A stretch of 63,331 nt of DNA, filler included. It is 9 parts of 9 records of this genome, joined end to end, with 100 filler letters (N's around TTAATTAATTAA, not from the genome) between each part and the next. Parts side by side here need not be neighbours in the genome. Positions count along the whole stretch, not along the records: positions 15,214 to 21,401 come from SRR31147125_61030; positions 21,502 to 30,326 come from SRR31147125_61171; positions 30,427 to 35,827 come from SRR31147125_61220; 6 more parts are not named here. One strand, 5' to 3'. The notes beneath the pieces are model-generated. The model ran no database searches. It had not been told where the DNA came from and saw nothing but the letters and a program-made list of their open reading frames with translations. Each line of letters opens with the position of its first letter. Positions within the stretch are counted from its first letter, which is position 1. Both the position numbers and the translations under genes were made by a program. Positions 21,146-32,408 of this stretch are shown here, in pieces.

Positions 21146-21401
21146 AGAGGATTGAAGATTGCATGTGGGGGATGTAGATTGGATGAGAAGGAATATAGAT
21201 TGCTAATGAAAAGGTATTCATTGGATGGGAAGGAATAAAGAATGCTTCTGAGAGAGTATAGATTGTATCTAGAGGATTTAAGAATGTTTAATGGAGAGTA
21301 TAGATTGGATATGGAGGATTGAAGATTACTTATAGGGGGTGTTGAATGGATCGGGAGGAATGAAGAATGTTTATGAGAGAGTTTTGATTGATAGGGAAGA
21401 G
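21146..21401. repeat. Degenerate ~41-42-bp purine-rich tandem repeat, about 6 copies
   Basis: Recurring GAGGA(T/A)T..AAGA(T/A)TG....GAGAGTATAGATTGGAT units; very C-poor on the + strand; runs to the contig end. Confidence 0.7.
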
Positions 21402-21501
21402 NNNNNNNNNNNNNNNNNNNNNNNNNNNNNNNNNNNNNNNNNNNNTTAATTAATTAANNNNNNNNNNNNNNNNNNNNNNNNNNNNNNNNNNNNNNNNNNN
21501 N
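21402..21501. other. Artificial contig linker
   Basis: N-TTAATTAATTAA-N. Confidence 0.99.
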
Positions 21502-21531
21502 AAAAAGCCACTTGTACAAGTGGCTTTTTTT
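21502..21531. terminator. Bidirectional-type intrinsic terminator
   Basis: Perfect palindrome AAAAAGCCACTTGT/ACAAGTGGCTTTTT just downstream of the minus-strand spt-like gene. Confidence 0.8.
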
Positions 21532-21548
21532 GTCTAACTATCCACGTT

Positions 21549-22742
21549 TTAAATGATATGTAGTTTTTTACCAGCTTTTTCAAAAATATCCAGCACTTTT
21601 AAAAGTTCATCCCGTGTGTGTGTTGCCATGTAACTCGTTCTAATGAGCGATAAGCCAGGAGGGACAGCCGGACTGACTACCGGATTAGCAAAAACACCAT
21701 TTTCAAATAGCAGACGCCAAAAGGCAAATGTTTTTTCGTCATCGCCAATAATAATAGGAATGATAGGCGTTTCGCAGTTACCCGTATTGAAGCCGAGCTG
21801 GTTAAAACTTTCTTTCATCATGCGATAATTGGCCCAGAGTTTTTCTCGTCTTTCAGGCTCCTTTTGCAGTATATCTAATGCCGTTAGCACTGTTGCTACT
21901 GCAGCGGGTGGTGGGCTGGCAGAGAAAATGAGGGCTCTTGATGCGTGTTTTATAAAATGAACGACCTCTTCATCACCGGCAATAAAACCACCAATGGACG
22001 CAAAGGATTTGCTGAATGTCCCGGCTATCAAGTCCACTTTATCTTCAAGACCGAAATGTTCAGCTGTTCCCCGGCCATGATCACCAAGAACTCCAACAGA
22101 ATGGGCATCGTCAATCATGAGGCGAGCCCCATGTTTTTCAGCTACTTTGACCATAGATGGCAGATCAACAATATCTCCTCCCATGCTAAAAACACCATCG
22201 CTGACGATCAAGATACCGTTATTGTCTTTTTTATTAATTGAGATAACCTTATCCAGGTCATCCATATCATTGTGGCGATATTTTAAGGCTTTACCGAAAG
22301 CGAGTCTGGCACCATCAACAATACTGGCATGATTTTCATTGTCCCCAATAATGAGATCATTACGACCCACGATTGCAGAAATAGCACCTTGGTTTGTCTG
22401 AAAGCCAGTTGAGAAGATAAGCACCGTTTCAGTTTTCATGAAATCGGCTAATCGCTCTTCAAGTTCTTCATGTAAGCTCAAGGTACCATTTAAAAATCGG
22501 GAACCCGTACAACCAGAACCAAATTTGTCGATAGCGTCTTTTGCTGCCTTTTTGACTCTTTCGTCTTGAGTTAAGCCCAGGTAGTTATTTGAGCCGATCA
22601 TGATCATTTTTTTTCCATCAACAAAAACCTCTGTATCCGCGCCAGATTGAATTGCTTTAAAGTATGGATACCATCCATTTTCGACGGCATCGCGCGCTCT
22701 TGCTGAAATACCGGCTGTACATTTTTCAAACAGGTCCGCCAA
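21549..22742 (-). CDS. spt: Alpha-oxoamine synthase, most like serine palmitoyltransferase
   Basis: GWYPYF, GSNNYLGL, GCTGSRFLNGT, NHASI, DDAH, and PLP-Lys motif GTFSKS; TTG start after GGAGGA. Confidence 0.75.
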   Translation of the reverse strand: MADLFEKCTAGISARARDAVENGWYPYFKAIQSGADTEVFVDGKKMIMIGSNNYLGLTQDERVKKAAKDAIDKFGSGCTGSRFLNGTLSLHEELEERLADFMKTETVLIFSTGFQTNQGAISAIVGRNDLIIGDNENHASIVDGARLAFGKALKYRHNDMDDLDKVISINKKDNNGILIVSDGVFSMGGDIVDLPSMVKVAEKHGARLMIDDAHSVGVLGDHGRGTAEHFGLEDKVDLIAGTFSKSFASIGGFIAGDEEVVHFIKHASRALIFSASPPPAAVATVLTALDILQKEPERREKLWANYRMMKESFNQLGFNTGNCETPIIPIIIGDDEKTFAFWRLLFENGVFANPVVSPAVPPGLSLIRTSYMATHTRDELLKVLDIFEKAGKKLHII

Positions 22743-23049
22743 TTGATTCCTCCAAATTTTTATCTGAAATTTTTGAGGTGTGGTATTATGTGATGATATT
22801 CTAAAACCAGGCAGTCTCTAATCGTGTAAGAATACTACCTGCGGAATGACCGTATTTAGTTTTAAGTACTTAAATATAATTATTCAAACGAACATTGTCA
22901 AGCTCAAACTACAGGTTGATTTGCCCGATTTTGGGAGACATGATAAGTGAAAAAAATATTTCTATTTTATGGAAAAATGATAGATTATAATTATAACATT
23001 CAATAACAGGCAGAGCAAATGTATTGGCAAGCATGAAGGAGAGAATGAA

Positions 23050-24036
23050 TTGACTGTTTTGGTAACGGGGAGTAATGGATTTATCGGTAGTTTTTTAGTA
23101 GAACGATTATTGGCCCTGGGTTTTAATGTGAGGTGTTTGGTTAGAAAAACAAGTAATTTACAGTGGTTAAAGGAATTTAATGTTGAATATGTTTATGGGG
23201 AGTTATCAGATCCTTCTACGATTGCTCCTGTCATTAAGGATGTTCACATTGTTTACCACCTTGCAGGCGTCACCAAAGCAATAAATGAAGAAGGCTATAT
23301 ACGAGGTAACTATCTTACAACTCTTAATCTTATAAACGCGATAAAACAGAATGGTTCTCCGGAACAGAAACTGGTTTTTGTTTCCAGTCAGGCAGCAGGA
23401 GGACCTGGGGTCTTACATAATCCTCGTACAGAGGATATGGTCGCCAGCCCCGTATCAAGTTATGGAAAAGCCAAGCTCATGGCAGAGAAGGCGGTTTTAG
23501 ATTTTAGTCGCTCTCATCAGGCTGTCATCATTCGACCACCATCCGTATATGGACCCAGAGATCGGGATGTTTTTCTTATGTACAAGTATATTCAAAAAGG
23601 TATCTTTCCTGTTGTGGACGGGGGAAAACAAAAAGTATCGATGGTTCATGTATTCGATCTGGTGGATGGGCTTGTTTTAGCCGCACAGGAATCCAGGGCA
23701 AATGGAAAAATCTATTATATATCCGATGATGGTGAGTTTGATTGGAAAGAAATCGGTTCGCTTATGGGAAAAGCATTAAATAAAAACTATTTAAATCTGT
23801 CAATACCTTGTTGGTGTTTGGATATTCTGGCCATATCAAGTCGGATTTTTTCCAGGTTTGTGAAAAGATCTTCAATTATAAATCAGGATAAAATTGCTGA
23901 AATGAAACAATTAAACTGGCTCTGTAGTAATCAACGTGCCAAAGATGAGCTGGGTTTTAAACCCAAAATTGGGCTTGAGCAAGGTATTATTTCTACTGCA
24001 AAGTGGTATAAAAAAATGGGTTGGTTAAAAGAGTGA
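23050..24036 (+). CDS. NAD-dependent epimerase/dehydratase (extended SDR)
   Basis: TGSNGFIG, HLAG, VSS, YGKAK, and RPPSVYGP motifs; divergent from spt. Confidence 0.9.
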   Translation: MTVLVTGSNGFIGSFLVERLLALGFNVRCLVRKTSNLQWLKEFNVEYVYGELSDPSTIAPVIKDVHIVYHLAGVTKAINEEGYIRGNYLTTLNLINAIKQNGSPEQKLVFVSSQAAGGPGVLHNPRTEDMVASPVSSYGKAKLMAEKAVLDFSRSHQAVIIRPPSVYGPRDRDVFLMYKYIQKGIFPVVDGGKQKVSMVHVFDLVDGLVLAAQESRANGKIYYISDDGEFDWKEIGSLMGKALNKNYLNLSIPCWCLDILAISSRIFSRFVKRSSIINQDKIAEMKQLNWLCSNQRAKDELGFKPKIGLEQGIISTAKWYKKMGWLKE

Positions 24037-24620
24037 GAAATGACGAAATCCGATTTATCTTTATCAAGATAATTTTAGCGGGATAATGATTTTATTTGGA
24101 AATTTAGGATAAAATTATTAGGTTAATTCAGTGGAAATATTATCTTATATATACAATGATGTAACCAGTGATTGACCAAGAAAGCAGGAACAGCATCTGA
24201 TCTGGTTAAGTATGTATTGGGAATTGTGCTGCACACGTGCCGTTCTATTTAATTGTTAATCTGGTTACGAAGGGGATACTTTGTAACATACCTCTCAATA
24301 ACCAAAATTTATTATTCGTTTATCAAATTAAAAACTCCTGGTTCAAGATGTTTTAGAATGAGATAGTGTTTCACATATTTACATAATTTATGGCTATTCG
24401 ACCTATATTGTTGTTAATTAAGTAATTAAGGTTTATTTTGTTTGGGGTACCTTCTTTGATCAAATTTGCAGTCAAGGTGTACAACTATATATAATATAAA
24501 ATGTTAAGGTTCGCTGTGTATGTATTAGGACTGTTTGTATTTTTCCAGTTTTCATCTGGTGATGTTGGATAACGATTTTGTTATACTATGAAAAACAGTG
24601 GTTTAAGCCTGTAAATGTGG

Positions 24621-24637
24621 CTGGTACAATATTTGCT
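24621..24637 (+). promoter_or_regulatory. Sigma54 (-24/-12) promoter candidate
   Basis: CTGGTACAATATTTGCT with GG-N10-GC spacing, about 115-150 bp upstream of the giant gene. Confidence 0.6.
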
Positions 24638-24751
24638 CGAACATCAAAAAAAATGTGTTTTTTCTTTATTAACAAAGATTTTCCCTATGTATTTGTTTTT
24701 AATGAAATGAGTCACGTTAATCGTTCATTTTGAACACGAATTCAAATGTAA

Positions 24752-27700
24752 ATGCTAAACAGAAACGATTTTGCGGAGGGTATGAAAGTGCAAAGATTAT
24801 CTAATTTTAATCCGAGGTTTGGTTTGGGCGTCGTGATGTTTACCCTTTTAGTGCTTGTCACCAATTCGGTTTTCGCTCAATCTTATGATGTAACGGATGA
24901 TTTTAACAGGGCTGATGGAGCTCCCGGTGCAAATTGGTCAGCGGATGCAGAATATCAAGTTGCTGGTAATCAACTTTCAAATACAGCAACAGAGGGAGGT
25001 TGGGGATTTATTGCTGCCTATTCAGCGCAACAAAATCCATCTCTAGTCTCTTTTGATTGGGCAGGTAATGCAGATGCGGACGGTATCAATAACGGTGGCT
25101 TTGCATTGATGTTGGATGCAGCCGGGCCAGATGCGAACGGTTATCTTGTCTGGCGACATACCAGTAATAGTAATATTGATATTTACACTATCGAGAACGG
25201 TGTTCCAGGATCAAAGGTGCAATCAACAGCCGGCGCCTTATCTGCTCCTCAGGCCGGCGATGAATTTAAAATTGTCATGAGCACTGATGGTGATGGTCAT
25301 CACTTTGATGTTTATATTAATGACCAGTTTGATGGTCGAGTCTCTGACAGTGCCAAACAACAGGGAAATGCAGGTACACTTTATGCTGGCGTTATGTTAA
25401 GAGCCGGATATAATAACGATATTGACAATTTTCGAGTCTTTAAATCAGATGATACAACGGCCCCCGCAGCAGTAAGTGATTTAGCTGCAAGCGGTGAGAC
25501 AGTCTCCTCTGTTGATCTGTCCTGGACCGCGCCGGGTGATGATGGCTCTACCGGAACAGCATCGGAATACGATCTAAGATATTCAACCTCTACTATCAAT
25601 GAGGGTAATTTTTTCAGCGCAACACCTGTTACGGGATTACCAAATCCTGCAACAGCCGGCACGACGGAGAATTTTACCGTTTCAGGATTGGCGTCAGGGC
25701 AAACTTTTTATTTTGCATTGAAAACAAAAGATGATGTGTTTAATGCATCAGCAATATCTAATGTGGCATCGGCTACAACCATTTCCCTGCCTGCCGGTTC
25801 TAGTGTGGATGATTTTAATCGAAGTGATCTTGGTTCCAATTGGGCTGCTGATGCTGAGTTTCAAATTGTGGGAAATGAGCTCGCGAATTCTGCTACTGAA
25901 ACGGGTTGGGATTATGTAGCCGTATATAAACCAAAAGTGAATGCCTCTGAAGTTTCCTTTACTTGGGGTGCTGGCGCAGATGCTGATGGTATTAATAATG
26001 GTGGTCTTGCTTTAATGCTGGATTCAGCTTCTCCCAGTGCGAATGGATATCTCGTTTGGCGACATACCAGCAATAGTAATATCGATGTTTATACAATTGT
26101 AAATGGTGCGCCTGACTCGTTTGTTGGTTCAACTACAGGGCAGTTGGCGGCTCCTACAGCAGGTGATGAGTTTAAGATTGAAATTAGTACAGATGAGAGT
26201 GGTCATCATTTTAGTGCCTATATAAATGATGTTTTTGATGGTACAGTGACCGATGCAGCTAAATCCCAGGGGAATAGTTCTGCTCTTTATTCTGGTGTTA
26301 TGCTGAGAGGAAATTATAATAACAATGTGGATGATTTTACTGTGGCTGGCGAACTCGCAGTTGAGGTTGATAATACAGCGCCAAGTGCTATCACCGATTT
26401 AGCTGCTGGCGCTGCAACAGGATCAACGATAAGCCTGTCATGGACTGCCACTGGCGATGATGCTGGTGAAGGAACCGCAACGACTTATGACATTCGTTAT
26501 TCAACAAGTCCGATCGATGGCAGTAACTTTAATAGTGCAACACAGGCAGGTGGAACACCTTCTCCCTCTGTTGCTGGCAGCTCGGAAAGTTTTACTGTCT
26601 CTGGCTTACAGGCCACATCAACCTATTATTTTGCTATAAAAGCGGTGGATGAGGCTGGTAATGCGTCCGGTATTTCGAATGTGACTTCTGCTTCTACAAT
26701 ATCACCAACAGAAGAGACAAACGTAGATAATTTTAATCGAAGCGATCTTGGCGAAAACTGGTCAGCTGATCCGGAATTTCAAATTGTAAATGATGAGCTT
26801 TCAAATACAGCATCAACCACCAGTTGGGGATTTATGGCTGTTTATAATGCACAGATAAATCCATCCAGAGTTTCTGTAAAATGGGGCAGTACAGCTGATG
26901 CAACTGGCATAAATTCGGCTGGTCTTGCGCTAATGCTTGATGGTGCGTCAGCAAGCGCAAATGGTTATCTTATCTGGAGACATACCAGTAATAATAATAT
27001 TGATCTGTGGACAATTGCCAATGGTTCTCCTGGCCAGAGTGTCGCATCGACACAAGGTTCTCTGTCAGTGCCTTCTTCTGGAGATGTTTTTGAAGTCCGA
27101 ATGAGTACTGATGGTAGCGGGCATCATTTTGATTGTTATATAAATGGTGAATTTGACGGAAGAGTTACAGACAGTCAAATGTTGCAGGGAAATGTAACAA
27201 ACAAGTTTTCCGGCGTTATGCTCAGGGGTGGTTTGAATAATAATGTCGATGATTTTACAGTGACTGGTGAAGGCAGCCCCGATGCTGTTCCTCCTGGTGC
27301 TGTAACGGACCTGGCAGCAGGTTCAACCGCTGAATCATCTATTCAATTAAACTGGACAGCTCCTGGTGATGATGGAAATGATGGTACAGCCACTCGTTAT
27401 GATCTTCGTTATTCCACGAGTCCAATTAATGATACAAATTTTGGCAGTGCAACACAGGCCAGCGGGATTATCTCTCCCTCTGCCGCAGGTACACTTGAAA
27501 GTTTTACTGTTACTGGATTGACTTTAGGAACAACTTATTATTTTGCTTTAAAAGCTTTTGATGAAGCGAATAATGCCTCTGATTTATCGAATGTAATCAC
27601 AGCCACAACCACTACAGACGAGATTCCACCAGCAGCTGTGACTGATTTGGCGGCAGGATCGATAACAGCCCTTTCGATTCAATTGAATTGGACTGCTCCG

Positions 27701-30326
27701 GGAGGTAATGGTACTGACGGACTTGCGGCTAACTATGATCTTAGATATTCCACAAGCATTATTAATAACCTGAATTTTGATAGTGCTACACCTTTAACTG
27801 GCCTTCCTACTCCTTCCGCACCGGGTACGCAGGAAAATTTTAGCGTGACCGGTTTAGAACCGAATATGACTTATTATTTTGCTCTGAAAACCAGTGATGC
27901 TACAGGAAATATTTCAAACCTGTCTAATGTGATCTCTGTTAATACGTTAGCCGGTGTTAAAACCGTGGATACTTTTAACCGGGCTACATTGGGAAGTGAT
28001 TGGACAGCTACAGCTGGTTATGGTATTGTTGGTAATGAATTAGCCAATACATCAGGTTCCAATTCGTGGGATCAAATTGCTATCTATAACGCAAAAAAGA
28101 ATCCTTTTGCCGTATCTCTGAAATGGGGCGCTGGTGCAGATGCGACTGGAATTGATGGTGCTGGTTTTGCTTTAATGTTAAATTCAGCATCTGTTAATAC
28201 CTCTGGATATTTGTTATGGAGACGTACTGGTTCTAAACTTTTATTCCTTTACACAGTTGATAACGGAGCGCCAGCCAGTGAAGTGGCCCAGGCCTCAGCT
28301 TTATTAGATGCTCCTCAGGCTGGTGATGAATTTAGTGTTATCATGCGATCCGATGCTTCTGGTCACCATTTTGATTGTTATATTAATGGGCAATTTGATG
28401 GTACTATTTCAGATGGTGCTAAATTGCAAGGTAATAGCGCTGTGCTTTATGCCGGTCTGATGTCAAGAGGTAGCAGAAATAATAATGTTAATGAATTTTC
28501 TGTTACAAATCCAACTGGTAGTGCTTCGGTGCTTTCAATTACCGCAGGAAACAATCAAACCGGATCAGGTGGTCAACCATTGACTGAGCCACTTGAAGTA
28601 ACCGTTTATGATGAATTTAATAATCCACAACAGGGAATTTCTGTTACATTTAAAGTGACTCAGGGCGGTGGTACGTTGGATGGCAGCATCGATACTGAAA
28701 AGATAGTAACTTCGGATGAAAATGGTAAAGCACAGGTTACTTTTACCCTTGGACGAGAGGGAGAGACTCAGCATGTTGAAGCAAGTGCTACTGGTTTAAC
28801 CCCTGTTTTATTTACAGCTACAGCCGGTTCTGGCGTAGCGAAAAAATTAGTATATGTTTCCGGAACAGGGCAAAGTGGACTTGTGGGAACAGGATTGGCT
28901 CAACCTTTTGTAGTCAAAGTTACGGATCAGGTCAACATCCCAATGGCTGGGATAACAGTTAATTTTGCCATAACACAGGGTAGTGGATCCCCTGCTCCAT
29001 CTGTTACCCAAACTTCTGTGCAAACAGATGCCAGTGGTCAGGCTTCAACAATGCTAACGCTTGGTACAGTTTCTGGACCTCATATAGTAGAAGCGTCGGT
29101 AATCGGCCTTGAAGGCTCTCCCGTTAGTTTTAATGCCACGGCTACACCTGATAATGCTACCAATCTGGTTGAGGAATCCGGGAATAATCAGTCAGGTGGT
29201 GGAGGCACTCAACTGGAAAATCCTTTTGTAGTAAAAGCCATAGATCAATATGGCAATCCTAAGGATGGTGTCGAGGTAACCTTTGCAATAACTCAAGGAA
29301 ATGGCAGCCTTTCAGAAACAACTGTAACAACAGATGTTTCAGGTCTTGCAGCCACTTTTCTAACGATGGACACACAGTCAGATACAAATAAAGTAGAAGC
29401 AAGTTCGCCTGGATTACAAGGTTCACCCATTGAATTTCAAGCCTATGCAAGCGGTGGAGTTGTTGATAGAATTGTTTATTTAGCAGGAAACAATCAAACT
29501 GCTACTGCGAATTCGACACTTCCACAACCATTGCAGGTAAAAGTGGTTGATATCGCTAATAAGGGTGTTCAGAATCACACTGTAACATTCCGAGTTCTGC
29601 CAGGTGGCGGAACCCTGGATGGCGATACAGAAACTCAGAAAGATGTTCTAACTAATTCTCAGGGTATTGCTCAGGTAAGCCTGACTTTTGGCTCCAGCCT
29701 GGGAGCGCAGGTTGTTGAAGCTAGCTCAAGTCGCAATGGCGCAATCATCCCGGATTCACCGATAAGGTTTACAGTAACATCTGTTGTACCTAATTTAGTT
29801 GAAGTATCCGGAAATGGGCAAAATGGCATTGCAGGAAGTCAATTGACTCAACCATTTATCGTGAAAGTGACTGATGAACAAGGAAATCCATTGTCTGGAC
29901 AATCTGTCACATTTACTGTAACTCAGGGCGGAGGATCCCTTGATGGTGAGGCAACAAAAGAGATCGTAACAGATGAAGGTGGAACAGCCTCGGTTGTATT
30001 GACCCTTGGACCAATTGAAGGGCAGGCAAATGAGGTTCGTGCGTCCGCGCTTTATGCTGAATTAGATCTTGATGGCTCTCCTGTTGTGTTTCAGGCAACG
30101 GCCGGTGAAATTACAGACCTTGTTAAAGTCTCAGGTGATAATCAACTGGGAACAGCAGGACAACCTTTGAGTAATCCGTTTAAAGTCAAAGTGCTCAATG
30201 ATTTTAATGTACCTGTGGCTAATCATCCTGTCAAGTTTAAAGTTACAGACGGTGGAGGTTTGTTTGGTACATCTTCTGATACAACGGTTCAGACCAATAG
30301 CGATGGTATTGCAGAACTTGTCTTTT
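24752..30326 (+). CDS. Giant secreted/surface protein with 4 DxFNR-start beta-rich repeats, 4 FN3 domains and at least 6 Big-1-like Ig repeats (3' truncated)
   Basis: Signal peptide ending VFAQ; FN3 signature W(T)APG..YDLRYS..YYFALK; Ig signature G.(N/G)Q.G..G..L..P(F/L).V.V; true start may be 24782 or 24788. Confidence 0.88.
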
Positions 30327-30426
30327 NNNNNNNNNNNNNNNNNNNNNNNNNNNNNNNNNNNNNNNNNNNNTTAATTAATTAANNNNNNNNNNNNNNNNNN
30401 NNNNNNNNNNNNNNNNNNNNNNNNNN
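30327..30426. other. Artificial contig linker
   Basis: N-TTAATTAATTAA-N. Confidence 0.99.
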
Positions 30427-32239
30427 CCACGTTTTTCTTTGGCCAGCAAAGCAGCTCCCACTGCTCCCATAACACCATTATGCGGTGGAACAATAATGGG
30501 CTTTTTAAAATAGTTGAAAAGGCCGCGGAAACGGATTTATTATAGGCCGTGCCACCTTGAAAATATATTGAATCTCCTATTTTCCGGCCTCTCACCACTC
30601 TGTTTAAATAATTTTGCGCGACAGCATAGGCCAGACCGGCAGCAACGTCCTGAAGCTCTATACCTTGCTGCATGTAAGCGGTGACATCTTTTTCCATGAA
30701 AACAGTACAGCGCTCTCCCATCTTGATCGGATTTTCAGAATTTAGAGCCAGATTCGCAAAATCGTCTTTGATCGAAATACCAAGTTTTGTTGCTTGTTCT
30801 TCCAGAAAAGATCCGGTTCCGGCAGCACAGGCTTCATTCATTGTAAAATCAACAACGATACCATCCTCGATCGATATAAACTTGGAATCCTGCCCTCCTA
30901 TTTCAAAGATTGTATCTACATTCTCGTCGTATAACGTGCAGGCAATAAATCCGGCACCGGTCTTGTGCGCCGTTATTTCATCATTGACCGAATCAGCACC
31001 CACCAACTCACCAACGAGCTCCCGTCCGGATCCGGTAGTACCGACACCGATAACATTGACTTTGTCTGCCCACTTTTTATCCCACACCAAAAGCTCTCTT
31101 TGGACAACCTGAACAGGCCGGCCATCAGTACGGGTGTAAACCTCATCGAGCACGTGTCCTTCTTTATCCACAAGTACAAGATTGGTACTGACTGATCCAA
31201 TATCGATACCCAAATACACATCCAAAGGATAATCTCTACCATCAGAATTTGGAGCGGACAGACTTTTTGTCGCAAACCTGACACGCGACAAGTCTAATTT
31301 TAACGATCTGGACGTATTATACACTTTTCTTTTGTCCTTATCGTCCAGCCGTTTAATGGTAGCTAGATCAAAAGAAGTCTCCCCATTGGCAAGAGCGGAT
31401 CCCAAAGCAGCAACATATTTATGCATTGTCGGAATAACGAGATCTTTTTTCTCAAGATCAAGTACATGACGCATGGCCTGTACGACCCCGCTATTCGCAG
31501 CGACTCCTCCTACAAACACAATTTTAGGCTGTAATGTTTTCCCTCTCAGGACGGTTGCTTTATAATTTCTGACAACAGCCTCACACAACCCTCTGAATAT
31601 CGCACCGGGCGTATATCCTCGTTGCTGAGCATGCACCATATCTGATTTGGCAAATACGGAACAACGACCTGCAATATGTGCCGAGTTTTTTGCGTCCAAA
31701 ACCAATGGACCGATTTCTTCGGTAACAAAACAGAGACGATTCGCCTGCTGATCTATAAAAGAACCAGTGCCTGCGGCGCACTCTCCATTACGTTCGTAAT
31801 CAAGAATGGAAACATTATCCCGATCAGAGTCAAAATCAATTCTTAAAAATCTGGAACCATCTCCACCGATTTCTAAAATAGTATGAGCATCCGGAACAAT
31901 TTCCGCGACACCACGACTAATTGCTTTAAATTCGTTAATAAAAGGAATGGCCAGCAACTCAGAAACCAGCTTGGCCTGCGATCCGGTTACCTGAAGGCCA
32001 ATGGATTTTTGCCCGGGGAAAAGTCCAATAAAGGCTTTAAGCAAGGTATTTGCCGCGCTGACAGGATCTCCCTGAACTTTTAGCTCTTTAAAAAGAATAA
32101 AATGGTATTTTGGACTCTCTTCAATTCGGTCGAAAAGAGGTTCCTGATTGTCTGTATCTAATATAGGTTTGTCTGTGCCCCGTTGTAAAACAACGATCAG
32201 CTTTGCGCTGACTGAGCCGATGTCTAATCCAACATGCAT
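30427..32239 (-). CDS. Acyl-CoA dehydratase activase with tandem BadF/BadG/BcrA/BcrD ATPase domains (3' truncated, frameshift near 30505)
   Basis: Two copies each of GxDIGS, EIGG, CAAGTGSF, and RC(S/T)VF; shifted frame continues PIIVPPHNGVMGAVGAALLAKE. Confidence 0.9.
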
Positions 32240-32335
32240 ATCTTTAATCTTGTATGGCTTGTATGAAATGTTTTTATATTTAAATCAAAAAAGAATAGTA
32301 GTAAAGATAAACAACATTAAAGATTGTTACAAGGA

Positions 32336-32391
32336 GAAAAAGTGACAAGCCTCGTTTTTATGATTATTTATATTCAACTTGTCACTTTTTC
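32336..32391. repeat. Perfect 14-bp inverted repeat with 28-nt spacer
   Basis: GAAAAAGTGACAAG ... CTTGTCACTTTTTC, downstream of the subtilase stop. Confidence 0.7.
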
Positions 32392-32408
32392 CATCTAATC
32401 AATTGACA

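Noticed and set aside
21146-21401. CRISPR array
   Set aside because: No invariant repeat alternating with unique spacers; units are degenerate throughout; no cas genes on the contig.
21549-22742. bioF or kbl
   Set aside because: No biotin or tdh neighbours, and the motifs fit Spt better; not fully excluded without a phylogeny.
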